Below are positions 1 to 10,568 of a DNA stretch of 60,524 nucleotides, one piece after another. The number at the start of each line of letters is the position of its first letter. Position 1 is the first letter of the stretch. Made by a program: the position numbers and the translations under genes. The DNA is from Hyphobacterium sp. (lineage in GTDB: Bacteria; Pseudomonadota; Alphaproteobacteria; Caulobacterales; Maricaulaceae), in NCBI GenBank assembly GCA_021604625.1, contig BQJI01000001.1:1-60524 (forward strand), read 5' to 3'. Under the pieces are notes generated by a model that ran no database searches, was not told the DNA's origin, and was given only the letters and a program-made list of their open reading frames with translations.

Positions 1-647
1 GACCCGCCGACGCCGCGATCATCCAGCCGCAAAGTCGCAATCCCGCGGGTCGTCAGCGCGTCGGCCAGCACCTCGAAAACCGGCTGACCGGCGACGGTGG
101 AATTGCGATCCTGAGCGCCGGAGCCGTTCAACAACAGCAAGGCCGGGTAGGAGTCGTCATCGCCGGGAATGCTCAGCGTACCGGCCAGTCTGACATCTCC
201 TGACAACACAATGAAATCGTCCGCCATCGCTTCTTCGTTCAACATTGTCTCAGCCCGCAATGAATCGCGGTCCAGCGTCAGGGGAAAGTTTGCACCGCCT
301 TGAGAGAATGTGCCGGACAGCGTGTCTGGATGGGTGCGCTCAAACTCCATCGAAGCGCCGACAGTCGCGATAGATCCGGCAAACCTTGCCTCATCGCGCT
401 GCGACACGTCGACGGGCAGGCGTGCGCCGCTTTGATCGACGCTGATCAGAACAACGTTCTCGCCGCGCACTTCCAGCACCAGATGCAATTGCGCCGATCC
501 CACATCCAGCACGCCAGACCAGTCGCCCTCATAGGTCAATTCCGCCTCTGTTTCGGTATCCACGACGTCTGACCCTGCGGTGGGCGCGTCAGAACAGGCC
601 GCGAGTGAAAGGGCGAAAACGGATAGAAACAGGGCGGGCAGACGCAT
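1..647 (-). CDS. Alpha/beta hydrolase family lipoprotein (runs off the window start)
   Basis: Manual translation from the CAT at 645-647: MRLPALFLSVFALSLAAC (lipobox) ... LAGTLSIP ... LLLNGSGAQDRN ... GIATLRLDDRGVGGS, typical of secreted alpha/beta hydrolases. Not in the ORF track because it is truncated. Confidence 0.8.
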   Translation of the reverse strand, partial: MRLPALFLSVFALSLAACSDAPTAGSDVVDTETEAELTYEGDWSGVLDVGSAQLHLVLEVRGENVVLISVDQSGARLPVDVSQRDEARFAGSIATVGASMEFERTHPDTLSGTFSQGGANFPLTLDRDSLRAETMLNEEAMADDFIVLSGDVRLAGTLSIPGDDDSYPALLLLNGSGAQDRNSTVAGQPVFEVLADALTTRGIATLRLDDRGVGG

Positions 648-717
648 GGCAGGCTCCAATTTCGTAATTTCACTAATTAGTCTTGACGCTAAATAAGCTT
701 TCTGTCAATCAAACGCC

Positions 718-990
718 ATGAGTGACGTTTTCAAGGCGCTGGCCCATCCGGTCCGGCGTCAGGTTTTGAAGAAATTGCGCGATGGACCGATGACGGCCGG
801 CGATCTGGCCGGGGCCTTCCCTGTGTCCAAACCGACCATGTCCGGTCATTTCACCGCGCTGAAAGAGGCCGGGCTGATCCTGGCGGAGCGTCACGGCACA
901 ATTATTCGCTATCGGCTGAATGCCGGAGCCGCCGAAGAAGCCATCGCCCTGTTGATGGGGCTGATTGGCGATAAGGAGCAAGACACATGA
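718..990 (+). CDS. ArsR/SmtB family repressor, SdpR-like
   Basis: FKALAHPVRRQVL...SKPTMSGHFTALKEAGLI winged HTH; overlaps the SdpI-like gene start (ATGA). Confidence 0.85.
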   Translation: MSDVFKALAHPVRRQVLKKLRDGPMTAGDLAGAFPVSKPTMSGHFTALKEAGLILAERHGTIIRYRLNAGAAEEAIALLMGLIGDKEQDT

Positions 991-1676
991 TCCGTTTGGG
1001 CCTGATAATCTCCACTTTTGCCTTGGTACTGACCATAATGTTCTCGGTCTATGGCTGGATCAACACCCCTGAAGGCGCGAGCATTCCGGTGCATTTCAAT
1101 CTTTCCGGCGAGGCTGATCGCTACGGCTCGAAGGCCGAAGCCTTCCTGTTTCTGCCTGCACTGCTGGTTGGCATCACATTCCTGTTGTCGATTGCCCCGG
1201 CCATAGACCCGCGCGGAAAAAATCTGCGTCGGTCTCGCCCCATCTACATTGTCGGCTGGATCATCGGCGTTGTGGCACTGGCGGGCGCGCAGGGCTTCCT
1301 CACCTGGACCGCCATTGGCGGGGGCGTGGAGGGTGAGACGATGGCGCGCGGTGTGGGCGTTTTCATCTCTGGCATACTTCTGCTCGTGGGGCTGGTGATT
1401 GCCCGGGCGCGGCCCAATTTCTTTGCCGGTATTCGCACGCCCTGGACGCTGACCTCGGATTTGTCCTGGGACAAGACACATCGCTGGGCCAGCCGGGTAT
1501 TCACACTGCTCGGGCTGGTTGGTCTGGTCTCGGCACTGCTCTTGTCACCTGAGCCGGTCACGATCAGCCTGATCGCGGCGCTGCTGGCCTCGACGCTCGG
1601 CCTTATCGTCTATTCCTTCTTCGTCTGGAAGAATGATCCGGCGCGCGAAACGCTCAATCCGGACGACGCCGACTGA
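987..1676 (+). CDS. SdpI family membrane immunity protein (DUF1648 + SdpI)
   Basis: IPVHFNLSGEADRYGSK and PNFFAGIRTPWTLTSDLSWDKTHR motifs; several TM helices. Confidence 0.85.
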   Translation: MIRLGLIISTFALVLTIMFSVYGWINTPEGASIPVHFNLSGEADRYGSKAEAFLFLPALLVGITFLLSIAPAIDPRGKNLRRSRPIYIVGWIIGVVALAGAQGFLTWTAIGGGVEGETMARGVGVFISGILLLVGLVIARARPNFFAGIRTPWTLTSDLSWDKTHRWASRVFTLLGLVGLVSALLLSPEPVTISLIAALLASTLGLIVYSFFVWKNDPARETLNPDDAD

Positions 1677-1750
1677 CCAACTGACGCTGGGCTTGCATGG
1701 GTCTTGGCTTGCGATAGTTTTCGCGCGCATTCGGTTTCAGGAGACGCGGC

Positions 1751-2986
1751 ATGGCGCGCAAGGATATCAAGCGGATTGTACTGGCCTATTCGGGCGGTCT
1801 GGACACGTCCATCGCGGTCAAATGGTTGCAGGAAGAATATGACGCCGAAGTCGTCACTTTCACCGCCGATCTGGGGCAGGGCGAAGAGATCGAACCGGCC
1901 CGGGAAAAAGCCCTCGCCGCCGGGGTCAAACCCGAACACGTCTTCATCGAGGATGTTCGTGAGGAATTTGCCCGCGATTACATCTATCCAATGGTTCGCG
2001 CCAATGCGGTTTATGAAGGCCTCTATTTGCTCGGCACGTCTATTGCCCGCCCGCTGATTTCCAAACGCATGGTGGAAATTGCCCATGAGACCGGCGCTGA
2101 TGCGGTCTCTCACGGGGCCACCGGCAAAGGCAATGATCAGGTCCGTTTCGAGCTCGGTTTTGCCGCCCTCGACCCGTCCCTGCATGTCATTGCGCCCTGG
2201 CGGGAATGGGATCTGACCTCGCGTACGAAACTGATCGCCTATGCCGAAAGCCGGGGGCTGCAAATCCCCAAGGACAAGCGCGGCGAAGCGCCCTTCTCGG
2301 TCGATGCCAATCTCTGGCACACCTCATCAGAAGGCAAGAATCTCGAAGACCCGTCTGCGCAGGCGTTTGAAGACACCTTCCAGCGAACTTTGGCGCCCGA
2401 AGATGCGCCAAACGAGGCTGAATACATTGTGATTTCCTTTGAAAAGGGCGATGCCGTTGCCATCAATGGCGAAAAGCTGTCGCCTGCAACCCTGATCGAG
2501 CGGTTGAACGATCTCGGTCGCGCGCACGGGATTGGCCGCCTTGATCTGGTGGAAAACCGCTTCGTCGGCATGAAATCACGCGGTATTTATGAAACCCCGG
2601 GCGGTTCCATCCTGATGGCGGCGCATCGCGGCATCGAACAGATCACGCTGGATCGCGGCGCCATGCATCTGAAAGACGAGCTGATGCCGAAATACGCCAA
2701 AATCCTCTATGAAGGATTCTGGTTCTCGCCCGAGCGTGAAATGCTCCAGGCGGCGATTGATCACTCCCAGCGCTATGTGACCGGCGATGTGCGCCTGCGC
2801 CTCTTCAAGGGCTCGGTCAATGTGGTTGGGCGTCATTCGCCAGCGTCACTTTACAGCCTTGAGCACGTCACATTTGAAGATGATGATGTCTATGACCAGA
2901 AGGATGCTCAAGGCTTTATCCGCCTGAATGCGCTGCGCCTGCAGCTATTGGCGGCGCGCAAGAAACGCCTGGGAGAGAATGACTGA
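1751..2986 (+). CDS. argG: Argininosuccinate synthase
   Basis: [24 protein letters not shown] and [10 protein letters not shown] motifs. Confidence 0.98.
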   Translation: MARKDIKRIVLAYSGGLDTSIAVKWLQEEYDAEVVTFTADLGQGEEIEPAREKALAAGVKPEHVFIEDVREEFARDYIYPMVRANAVYEGLYLLGTSIARPLISKRMVEIAHETGADAVSHGATGKGNDQVRFELGFAALDPSLHVIAPWREWDLTSRTKLIAYAESRGLQIPKDKRGEAPFSVDANLWHTSSEGKNLEDPSAQAFEDTFQRTLAPEDAPNEAEYIVISFEKGDAVAINGEKLSPATLIERLNDLGRAHGIGRLDLVENRFVGMKSRGIYETPGGSILMAAHRGIEQITLDRGAMHLKDELMPKYAKILYEGFWFSPEREMLQAAIDHSQRYVTGDVRLRLFKGSVNVVGRHSPASLYSLEHVTFEDDDVYDQKDAQGFIRLNALRLQLLAARKKRLGEND

Positions 2987-3476
2987 TATTGCCGACAAGA
3001 GACTTTATCCGCTGATCCGTGTTGCATCAGTTGTGCGTGCGCTGGCGGCGTTAGCTCTTTTGTCTCCGGTCATAATTCTCACAGATTGGTCAGTACTCAC
3101 GCAATCTCGCTTGTATGATTTCAACCATGGCGTTGGCTCGATAATGATCTTGTTCATTGTCCTGTTTCCACCCGGCTGGTTTGCAATGATGATCGTCTAT
3201 TTCGCCAATCCGGATCGTCTCGCAGCATGGCAAAAAACCGCAGTCGCGACAGGCGGAATTCTACTTCTCTGGTTGCTTCTGGCGATCTGGGTGCCGGGCA
3301 TTATTGAAATGGCGCGAATTGCATTCGACAGCGGGCTTGGTGAATTGCTGGGCTCAGGATTCGGTTGGCTGGTTATGGCGATTATCATATCAGGGCAGCT
3401 AATGGCCTGGATCACAGCTTGTTATACCCTGCGCAGCCTGCCGCCGCCGCTCGGCCATCGCGTCGACGCCTACTGA
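2979..3476 (+). CDS. Hypothetical membrane protein (about 4 TM)
   Basis: ATG at 2979 overlaps the end of argG; four hydrophobic segments. Confidence 0.6.
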   Translation: MTDIADKRLYPLIRVASVVRALAALALLSPVIILTDWSVLTQSRLYDFNHGVGSIMILFIVLFPPGWFAMMIVYFANPDRLAAWQKTAVATGGILLLWLLLAIWVPGIIEMARIAFDSGLGELLGSGFGWLVMAIIISGQLMAWITACYTLRSLPPPLGHRVDAY

Positions 3477-3551
3477 AACCTCTCGAAATTGTCAGGTGCA
3501 TTTTCTGCGCAATTATCTTCCAATACAAACAAGCCAGTTATGAGAGTTTAG

Positions 3552-4847
3552 ATGATCCGTTCATTGACCGCCGCCCTTCTGCTTGCCGCCAGCCCGGCCG
3601 CCCTGATGGCGCAGGATGAGACGCCCGACGCTTTTGCCCCGTTTGAAACCTCCGTTGAACTGCGCACCGAGGCCCGTCGGGCGCTGGAAGCCGGGGATTA
3701 TGAAGCCGCACGCCGGGCGATGCAGGCCGCAAGCGGCCTTCAACCTGGCAGCCCGGCCATATTGCTGGGTCTGGCGCAGATTGCCCTCACCAGCGGCGAC
3801 GATGAATTGCTGCTCTCATCACTGGAAGCCACAGCTGCCGCCGGCATCTATTTCGACCTTTCGCGTCTGGAAGAAAATGACGCCCGCCTGCGCGAAACCT
3901 TCCCCGACCGATATGCCGAGCTGGACGCCCTGTTTGCGCGCCATTCCGGCCCGGCCGGAGAAGCAGAACGTGTTTTGCAGGTCGATGTGCCCGACAGTCT
4001 GATTGAAGGCGTCGCGGTCGAGATCGAGACCGACCGTATTTTTCTCTCCGACGTCATTGGACGCCAGATACTGGTGGTGGAACCGTTTGACCGTTCGTCG
4101 GCGGATGTCTTCGCCGATGCCGAAGACGGTCTGCAATCCGTGTTCGGGATTGTTTCCGATGATGTGAACCGGGTGATCTGGGCAGCGACCGGCGTTTTGC
4201 CCCAAACCCCTCTGGAAGAGGGCGAGGAGGCGACCACAGCGTTGATTGCCTTCGACATGATTACCGGCGATGTCTATCGCCGCTATGAATATGAGGGCGC
4301 CGAGCGCATTGCCGACATCGTCACCCGCGATGGCATTGTCTATGCGGTCGATAGCGGCGCGAACCGCGTCTACCAGCTCAATTCCATCTCCGGCGAGTTG
4401 CAGCTTTTATCCGAAGATCCCCGCTTTGCCAGCTTGCAGGGCGCGGCGCTGGCCGATGGCGCGCTCTATGTTTCCGATTACGGTCTCGGATTGTGGCGGG
4501 TCGATCTTGCCGACGGCACGGCGCTGCAGGTGCGCCCCGGCGCGGAAAGCTTGATCGGCATTGACGGGCTCTCGGCCACGCGCGACGGACGACTGATCGC
4601 CGTGCGCAATGGCATGGCCCCGAATGCGGTCTTTGCGATTGATCTGGCGGAAGACGGCGTCAGCGTGGCCGGCACCGAAATCCTGTTGCGCAATCACCCG
4701 GACTTTGGTGAACCGACGCTGATCGATGTGCAGGATGACCGGATTTTCATGGTCGCCAATGCGCCGTGGGCGCTATGGCCGAATGATGGCAGCGGCCCGA
4801 CCGAAGCCGTGCCGCCACTCGTGGTTCTAGAATACGATCTGGATTGA
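3552..4847 (+). CDS. Secreted protein: TPR-like N-terminus plus SMP-30/gluconolactonase-like beta-propeller
   Basis: Signal peptide, helical N-terminal region, then repeated EGVAV/GIVS/GAAL/GIDGL blade motifs. Confidence 0.6.
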   Translation: MIRSLTAALLLAASPAALMAQDETPDAFAPFETSVELRTEARRALEAGDYEAARRAMQAASGLQPGSPAILLGLAQIALTSGDDELLLSSLEATAAAGIYFDLSRLEENDARLRETFPDRYAELDALFARHSGPAGEAERVLQVDVPDSLIEGVAVEIETDRIFLSDVIGRQILVVEPFDRSSADVFADAEDGLQSVFGIVSDDVNRVIWAATGVLPQTPLEEGEEATTALIAFDMITGDVYRRYEYEGAERIADIVTRDGIVYAVDSGANRVYQLNSISGELQLLSEDPRFASLQGAALADGALYVSDYGLGLWRVDLADGTALQVRPGAESLIGIDGLSATRDGRLIAVRNGMAPNAVFAIDLAEDGVSVAGTEILLRNHPDFGEPTLIDVQDDRIFMVANAPWALWPNDGSGPTEAVPPLVVLEYDLD

Positions 4848-4848
4848 T

Positions 4849-5187
4849 CTATTCAAACTCGTCAATGCCGCACTGTTCGCGCATGATCGGCTCGGCGACC
4901 TGCATTTTCTGACCCATCACCATGATGTCGGCCAGCTCCATATTATTGGCAGCGGCAATCGTCATCACTTCGGTGGGCTCGTTGGTGTCGGCCTCCATCA
5001 CCGCCATCATGAAGGACAGCTCATTCTCGTCGAGCGTGTCGACAATAACATCGGCGGCGCAGCTGCACTGAACGGCGTCATTGCCGGAATCGGTGCACGC
5101 ATCCGTCAGATCTTCCTGCGGTGTCAGGGCAAAAGCAGCGGCATTCAGGGCGACAACAGCGACGCTGCCGGCAATCAATCGAAACAT
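4849..5187 (-). CDS. Small secreted Cys-containing hypothetical protein
   Basis: MFRLIAGSVAVVALNAAAFA signal peptide; C-x9-CSC...C pattern. Confidence 0.65.
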   Translation of the reverse strand: MFRLIAGSVAVVALNAAAFALTPQEDLTDACTDSGNDAVQCSCAADVIVDTLDENELSFMMAVMEADTNEPTEVMTIAAANNMELADIMVMGQKMQVAEPIMREQCGIDEFE

Positions 5188-5322
5188 GAAAATATCCTCG
5201 TCTGATGTGTTCAGCCGCCAGACTAGCGCGATTTTTATGAACCCGGAATGACACCCACTGGAAAAACCCGGCTTTGCAGCGCATACTCGCACCCGCGAGG
5301 ACACAGAAACGGAGCGACCGCC

Positions 5323-5850
5323 ATGCGGATCACCGCGACCCTATTGCTGGCCAGCGCCCTGCTGAGCGCCTGCGCCACACCCACGCCCTACCAACAGGCC
5401 GGACAACCCGGCGGCAGCGTTTATGGCTATTCTGAACAGGCCATCGAGCGCGATCGCTATCGCATCACCTTTTCCGGCAATTCCATCACCGACCGCGAAA
5501 CTGTCGAGACCTATCTCCTCTATCGCGCGGCGGAACTGACCCGCGAACGCGGCCACAACCACTTCACCGTGGTCCAGCGCGCCACCGATGAAAACACGCG
5601 CACCTGGGGCGGCGACCCGTATTATTCCCGCTTTTACGTGGATTATCGCTATTTCCATCCGCGCTATGGCTGGTATGGCTGGCACGACCCGTTCTGGAAT
5701 GACACCCGCTATCACGAGACCACCCGCTATGAAGCCACAGCTGAAATCGTCATGGGCCGACGCCCGTCCGGCGATGACAGCAATGATTTTAATGCCGGCG
5801 AGGTCCTGCAGAATCTCGGCCCGGATATCGTTCGGCCGGAAGTGGGTTAA
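5323..5850 (+). CDS. Lipoprotein, CC0125/CC1285-like family
   Basis: LLSAC lipobox; GYSEQAIERDRYRITFSGN...VETYLLYRAAELT motif; GGAG RBS upstream. Confidence 0.75.
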   Translation: MRITATLLLASALLSACATPTPYQQAGQPGGSVYGYSEQAIERDRYRITFSGNSITDRETVETYLLYRAAELTRERGHNHFTVVQRATDENTRTWGGDPYYSRFYVDYRYFHPRYGWYGWHDPFWNDTRYHETTRYEATAEIVMGRRPSGDDSNDFNAGEVLQNLGPDIVRPEVG

Positions 5851-5937
5851 ACCGCATCCCACCACTGCGCGGCACAACGCCGCTAGGCACGCACCCCGGA
5901 ATGTCCCTATAGTCGCGATGGATATGCGGGGGATGAC

Positions 5938-6702
5938 ATGGCAGTGATCGAGATCAGGGATATACGGCCGGATGCGCCGATGCGCTGGCTGAAAGCCGGG
6001 GCCGGGGATATCGCTCGCGCGCCCTTCGTCTCGATTGGCTATGGGTTGATCTTTGTTGTGGTCGGCGCGCTGGTTGCGGCTGGTTTGCTGTATTTTGGCT
6101 GGGGCGCGTGGATCCCGGTGGCGCTGGCGGGTTTTGCGCTCGTCGCACCTTTCTTTGCGGTCGGGTTTTACCAGATCTCCAAACACCTCGATGACGGCGA
6201 GGCGGTAACGTTCAACGATGTCTGGCTGGTCTCCGGCGAGAAAATCAGTCAGGTCGCCTTTCTCGGGCTCTTGCTGTTTATCCTGCTGCTGATCTGGGCG
6301 CAGATTGCCCATTTTCTCTATGCGTATTTCGTCTCGCAAAACCATGCGTCGCTGATGGAATTTACAAGCTGGTTGCTGGATGATCCGGCTGGCCTCAGCA
6401 TGGCAATTGTCGGCACCGCGATTGGTGCCGGCCTGGCGCTGGCCGCGTTTTCGATCTCTGTAATTTCATTTCCGATGCTGATTGATCGCGAGATCGACGC
6501 CGCCACTGCGCTCATTGCCTCGGTCAAGGCGGTGCGTCGCAATCCATTCTCCCTACTGGTCTGGGCTTGGCTGATCGCTTTCTGGACGACGCTTTCCATT
6601 GTGTTCGGCGGTATCGGGCTGGCGATTGTCTTTCCCTGGCTGGGTCATGCCAGCTGGCGCGCCTATCAGGATTTGACGGAAGTGCCGCCAACAGCCGATT
6701 GA
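5938..6702 (+). CDS. DUF2189 family integral membrane protein
   Basis: PMRWLKAGAGD, GFALVAPFFAVGFYQIS and PWLGHASWRAY motifs; the family often lies near cbb3 oxidase genes. Confidence 0.8.
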   Translation: MAVIEIRDIRPDAPMRWLKAGAGDIARAPFVSIGYGLIFVVVGALVAAGLLYFGWGAWIPVALAGFALVAPFFAVGFYQISKHLDDGEAVTFNDVWLVSGEKISQVAFLGLLLFILLLIWAQIAHFLYAYFVSQNHASLMEFTSWLLDDPAGLSMAIVGTAIGAGLALAAFSISVISFPMLIDREIDAATALIASVKAVRRNPFSLLVWAWLIAFWTTLSIVFGGIGLAIVFPWLGHASWRAYQDLTEVPPTAD

Positions 6703-6745
6703 ATTTCAGGACATGCGTCCCCCGGGCCACGATTCCGTCAACAGG

Positions 6746-7150
6746 TTAGACGAACAGATCGGCGAGAATGATCAAAATCCCGAATTGGGCCAGCATCCAG
6801 CAGGCCGGTCGCCAGCCTGCTGGTGCGAAAGCATAGGCGGGTAGATAAAGTGCTCGTCCGATGAAAAATAGCGCCGCACCGATGGCGGCAAGGCTCGATG
6901 GCATGCCAGCAGTATGAACAAGAAACAAAGCCGCAGCGAATTGTGCGAAACTTTCGAGCCAGTTGCGATAGGCGCGGGCAATACGCCCGGCCAGCCCCTG
7001 TGGCAGGCGCTCGTTTGAACGATCGCTAAGGATATAGCTGGCGCCCAATTGGCGCAGCGAAAACATGCTGGACAGACCGAGATGCAAAACGCCGAAAATG
7101 ATCGAGGCGAACAGGAACCACAAATCCGGTGTCATCCCTGTCTCATTCAT
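6746..7150 (-). CDS. MAPEG family membrane protein
   Basis: GRIARAYRNWLESFAQF and GRALYLPAY motifs. Confidence 0.8.
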   Translation of the reverse strand: MNETGMTPDLWFLFASIIFGVLHLGLSSMFSLRQLGASYILSDRSNERLPQGLAGRIARAYRNWLESFAQFAAALFLVHTAGMPSSLAAIGAALFFIGRALYLPAYAFAPAGWRPACWMLAQFGILIILADLFV

Positions 7151-7556
7151 CAACTATCTTTCGTCTGCCGGTCAATCGCCTGACGAGGAACGCGACCAGA
7201 AGACTCAAGCCACCCGCCAGAACAGCCGCCGCTGGCGCAAACGCCAGTGTCCAGACGCGCGCCGACAGCCCCAGCGGAATTTCGACATCGGCATAGGCCG
7301 GATTATTGGCAAAATAGGCGGTGAGGAATACGCCTTGTAACCAGATGGCCGTGAGTACCGCCAGAAAACCACCCAGCATCGCTGTCTGGCCCGCACGGGC
7401 AGGTGCAGCCAGGGCCGCCACAATCCCGATTCCGGCGATCATGGCCAACATGAAAAAGTGTTCCAAGCCTTGAATCCAGGCGAAAATTGTTGCGACGCCG
7501 AACCCCACGCCGGGTAGCGCCAGTAGCATTATCAATTTCCAGTCGAAATGACGCAT
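7143..7556 (-). CDS. Hypothetical membrane protein (4 TM)
   Basis: Hydrophobic ORF overlapping the MAPEG start, divergent from TetR. Confidence 0.65.
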   Translation of the reverse strand: MRHFDWKLIMLLALPGVGFGVATIFAWIQGLEHFFMLAMIAGIGIVAALAAPARAGQTAMLGGFLAVLTAIWLQGVFLTAYFANNPAYADVEIPLGLSARVWTLAFAPAAAVLAGGLSLLVAFLVRRLTGRRKIVDE

Positions 7557-7587
7557 GGTCTGCTTCCTTAGTTTTACATATGACCAA

Positions 7588-7604
7588 TTGACCTTTTGAG
7601 TCAA
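7588..7604. promoter_or_regulatory. Putative TetR operator (TTGAC-N7-GTCAA)
   Basis: Inverted repeat in the AT-rich 65-bp gap between the divergent TetR and membrane-protein genes. Confidence 0.5.
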
Positions 7605-7621
7605 ATATATTTCACTAAAGC

Positions 7622-8221
7622 ATGCCAAGAGCCTTCAATTCCCGCGAAGAAACAGCGATACGCGATAGTTTGCGCAAATCGGGACGCGATCTGTTTTGTC
7701 GTAATGGCCTTGCCGGCACCACGATTGACGCGCTCGCCCGGGCGGCGGGCATCGCAAAAGGGTCTTTCTATAAATTCTATTCGAGCAAGGAAGTTCTGTA
7801 TTTCGATCTGCTCGAAGACGCCAACGAGGCGCTTCGCCAACCATTGCTAAAAGTAGAAGCGGAGACACATCGCGATCGCGCCTGGCTTACGGCCCAGTTC
7901 AGAATTCTGATGCAAAAAAGCCTTGAAGAACCGCTCATCCGCAATCTAACGGATGCCGCGACGATGCAGGCCCTTTATCGCCGCATTCCATCCGCGCGCC
8001 TGAAGGCCCACGAACAGAAAGATCAGCTGTTTCTCGACGAACTCATTAAAAACTGGTCCCCGTCCGAAAACCGCCCCGATCGCGATGAGATTGCCGCCCG
8101 TTTGACGATGGCAGTAATGGTCGCACTACAGCCCCAATTCTTCGGCGAACACCTGCATGGTCTGGCTCTCGACGCTGCCATCGCAAGTCTGGTCGACGGC
8201 CTCTATCCCGGATTGAATTAA
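7622..8221 (+). CDS. TetR/AcrR family transcriptional regulator
   Basis: GTTIDALARAAGIAKGSFYKFYSSKE HTH. Confidence 0.9.
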   Translation: MPRAFNSREETAIRDSLRKSGRDLFCRNGLAGTTIDALARAAGIAKGSFYKFYSSKEVLYFDLLEDANEALRQPLLKVEAETHRDRAWLTAQFRILMQKSLEEPLIRNLTDAATMQALYRRIPSARLKAHEQKDQLFLDELIKNWSPSENRPDRDEIAARLTMAVMVALQPQFFGEHLHGLALDAAIASLVDGLYPGLN

Positions 8222-8409
8222 TCGGACGTGTCGGACGTCTCGGCGCGATCCGCATCGGTGAGCGGGCGGTCGTCGTCTTCCATCAGAATACGCTGCGCGG
8301 CGCCGTCCAGATCCTCATACTGGCCCGATTTCAACGACCAGAGGAAAGCGCCCAGCCCCAGAAGGCCCATACCGAGCGCAATCGGAATGAGATAGATCAG
8401 CACATCCAT
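8218..8409 (-). CDS. ccoS: cbb3-type oxidase maturation protein
   Basis: FLWSLKSGQYEDLDGAAQRIL motif; last gene of the operon. Confidence 0.95.
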   Translation of the reverse strand: MDVLIYLIPIALGMGLLGLGAFLWSLKSGQYEDLDGAAQRILMEDDDRPLTDADRAETSDTSD

Positions 8410-10568
8410 CAGCGCGCGAGCCTCAACGCATTGAGCGTTACCAGAAGCGATGAGGCCGACATGGCGATGGCGGCGACCAGCGGTGTGACAAAGCCGAACA
8501 CCGCCAATGGTACGGCAATCATGTTGTAGAGGGCAGCCAGTCCGAAATTCTCCAGCACACGCCGCCTTGCCTTGCGGGCGATTTCAATCGTTTCGCGAAT
8601 GGCGTCCAGCCGGTCGCGTTGAATGACGAAATCCGCAGCGGCCTGGGAAATGTCGGTGGCACTCGCCAGTGACATGGAGACATGCGCCGAAGCCAATGCC
8701 GGCGCATCATTCAGCCCGTCGCCGACCATCAGCACATGACGTCCATCGGTTTTCGCGGCTTCAAGGGCCGATATTTTCTCTGCCGGTTTCAACTCCGCTG
8801 ACCAGTCCGTCATGCCCAGACGCCTGGCCATGGCGTCGACGGCTTCGCGGCGATCTCCGGACAACATTTGCGCCGGCAGGCCCAGCGCTTCAACGTCCGC
8901 CACAGCCTCAGCCGCGCCGGGCCGTTCCTGATCGGCAAAGACAAACCGCACTGGCGCGTTATCGCCGCGCTGTAACCAGACTTCCGAGGCCGCATCGCCG
9001 CGCGCATCCACACCCAGCCAGCGCGCAGAGCCCAGTCGGACGTCTTCGCCGTCAATTTCGGCCTGCAATCCGCCACCGGGTATTTCGCTCACCTGATGCG
9101 CCGCTGTGCCCATACCGGCCAGATCGGCGATGGCACGAGACAATGGATGATGGCTGGTGCGGGCCAAAGTCGCCGCCAGCTCGAAATCCTCATCCGCGAT
9201 CGCCGCGCGATTGGTCAATTGCGGCTTGCCGATGGTCAACGTGCCGGTCTTGTCGAAAGCAGCGGCATCGGCTTCGGCGAGACGCTCCAGCGCATCGCCG
9301 GACTTCACCAGCACGCCGGATTTGTAGAGCCGACCGGAGGCCACCACCTGAACAGCGGGCACCGCCAGCCCCAGCGCGCACGGGCAGGTAATGATCAGGA
9401 CGGCAATGGCATTGATAATGGCAATGCGCGGTTCCGCGCCCGCCAGCAACCATCCGACCAGCGTTAGCGCCGCCAGCGAGTGAACGACCGGCACATAGAC
9501 GCGCGCGGCATGATCGGCCAACTTCACATAGCGAGACCGGCTCTGCTCGCCCGCCTCGACCAGCCGGGTGATTTCGGCCAGCAGGGAATCGTCGCGTTTG
9601 GCCGTTGCCCGTACTCGCAATGGCGCTTCCAGATTGACCATGCCGGAGAAAATCTGTGTGCCCGGTTTTGCCTCAACCGGCCGGGTTTCGCCGGTGACCA
9701 GTGCGGCATCAAGCTGGCTGTTGCCGCTTTCAATCTCTGCATCAACGGGGACTTTCTCGCCCGCCGCGATCAGTAACAGATCGCCGGGTTGAACCTCGCG
9801 CGCCGGAATGGATTTGACCTGCCCCGTCGCATCCAGCCGGTTGGCTGACGCCGCCTGCATCGCGGCCAATCGGCGCGCAGCGGCGCCCGCCTTTGCCCGC
9901 AATCGACTGTCCAGCCAGCGTCCGATAAGAAGGAAAAACAACAACATGGCTGCAGCGTCAAAATAGGTATGGCCGCTGCCAACCAGCATTTCATAAATCG
10001 ACAGGCCGCACGCCAGCAGCACGCCAAGCGAAATCGGCACATCCATATTGACGTGGCGGGTTTTCAGCGCTGCCCAGGCGGAGGTGAAGAAGGGGCGTCC
10101 CGAATAGGCGACGGTGGGCAAAACGATCAGCGCCGACAGCCAATGAAACCACTGCCGTGTCTGCTCGTCCATGTCCGCTCCAGCCCAGACCGGAATGGAA
10201 AACATCATGACATTCGCGGACGCAAAGGCAGCGACCGCCATGGCTCGCAACAGGCGTTTTTCTTCCTGCGACCCGGCATCCGCGCCGGTTTCCGGTTCGA
10301 ACGGCGTCGCGGGATATCCAATCTCGCCAAGACGCCGGACCATGTCGTGCGCCTGACTGCTCGCCCCGGTCCAGGACAGGGATAAGCGCCCGGTCGAGAG
10401 ATTCAGCCGCGCATTTGAAACGCCGGAAAATTCGCGCATTGCCGTCTCGATCCGTGAAATACAGACCGCGCAATGCGCACCGGAAACAAGCAGATCCATC
10501 TCCTGATGTCCGTTACGCGTCCGGACGAAGGCTTCGGGATCAGCGCCGCTGGCAGTTATTGAAGCCAT
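8409..10568 (-). CDS. ccoI: Cu-translocating P1B-type ATPase FixI/CcoI
   Basis: CAVC metal-binding domain, TGE, CPC, DKTGT and GDGLND motifs. Confidence 0.95.
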   Translation of the reverse strand: MASITASGADPEAFVRTRNGHQEMDLLVSGAHCAVCISRIETAMREFSGVSNARLNLSTGRLSLSWTGASSQAHDMVRRLGEIGYPATPFEPETGADAGSQEEKRLLRAMAVAAFASANVMMFSIPVWAGADMDEQTRQWFHWLSALIVLPTVAYSGRPFFTSAWAALKTRHVNMDVPISLGVLLACGLSIYEMLVGSGHTYFDAAAMLLFFLLIGRWLDSRLRAKAGAAARRLAAMQAASANRLDATGQVKSIPAREVQPGDLLLIAAGEKVPVDAEIESGNSQLDAALVTGETRPVEAKPGTQIFSGMVNLEAPLRVRATAKRDDSLLAEITRLVEAGEQSRSRYVKLADHAARVYVPVVHSLAALTLVGWLLAGAEPRIAIINAIAVLIITCPCALGLAVPAVQVVASGRLYKSGVLVKSGDALERLAEADAAAFDKTGTLTIGKPQLTNRAAIADEDFELAATLARTSHHPLSRAIADLAGMGTAAHQVSEIPGGGLQAEIDGEDVRLGSARWLGVDARGDAASEVWLQRGDNAPVRFVFADQERPGAAEAVADVEALGLPAQMLSGDRREAVDAMARRLGMTDWSAELKPAEKISALEAAKTDGRHVLMVGDGLNDAPALASAHVSMSLASATDISQAAADFVIQRDRLDAIRETIEIARKARRRVLENFGLAALYNMIAVPLAVFGFVTPLVAAIAMSASSLLVTLNALRLAR

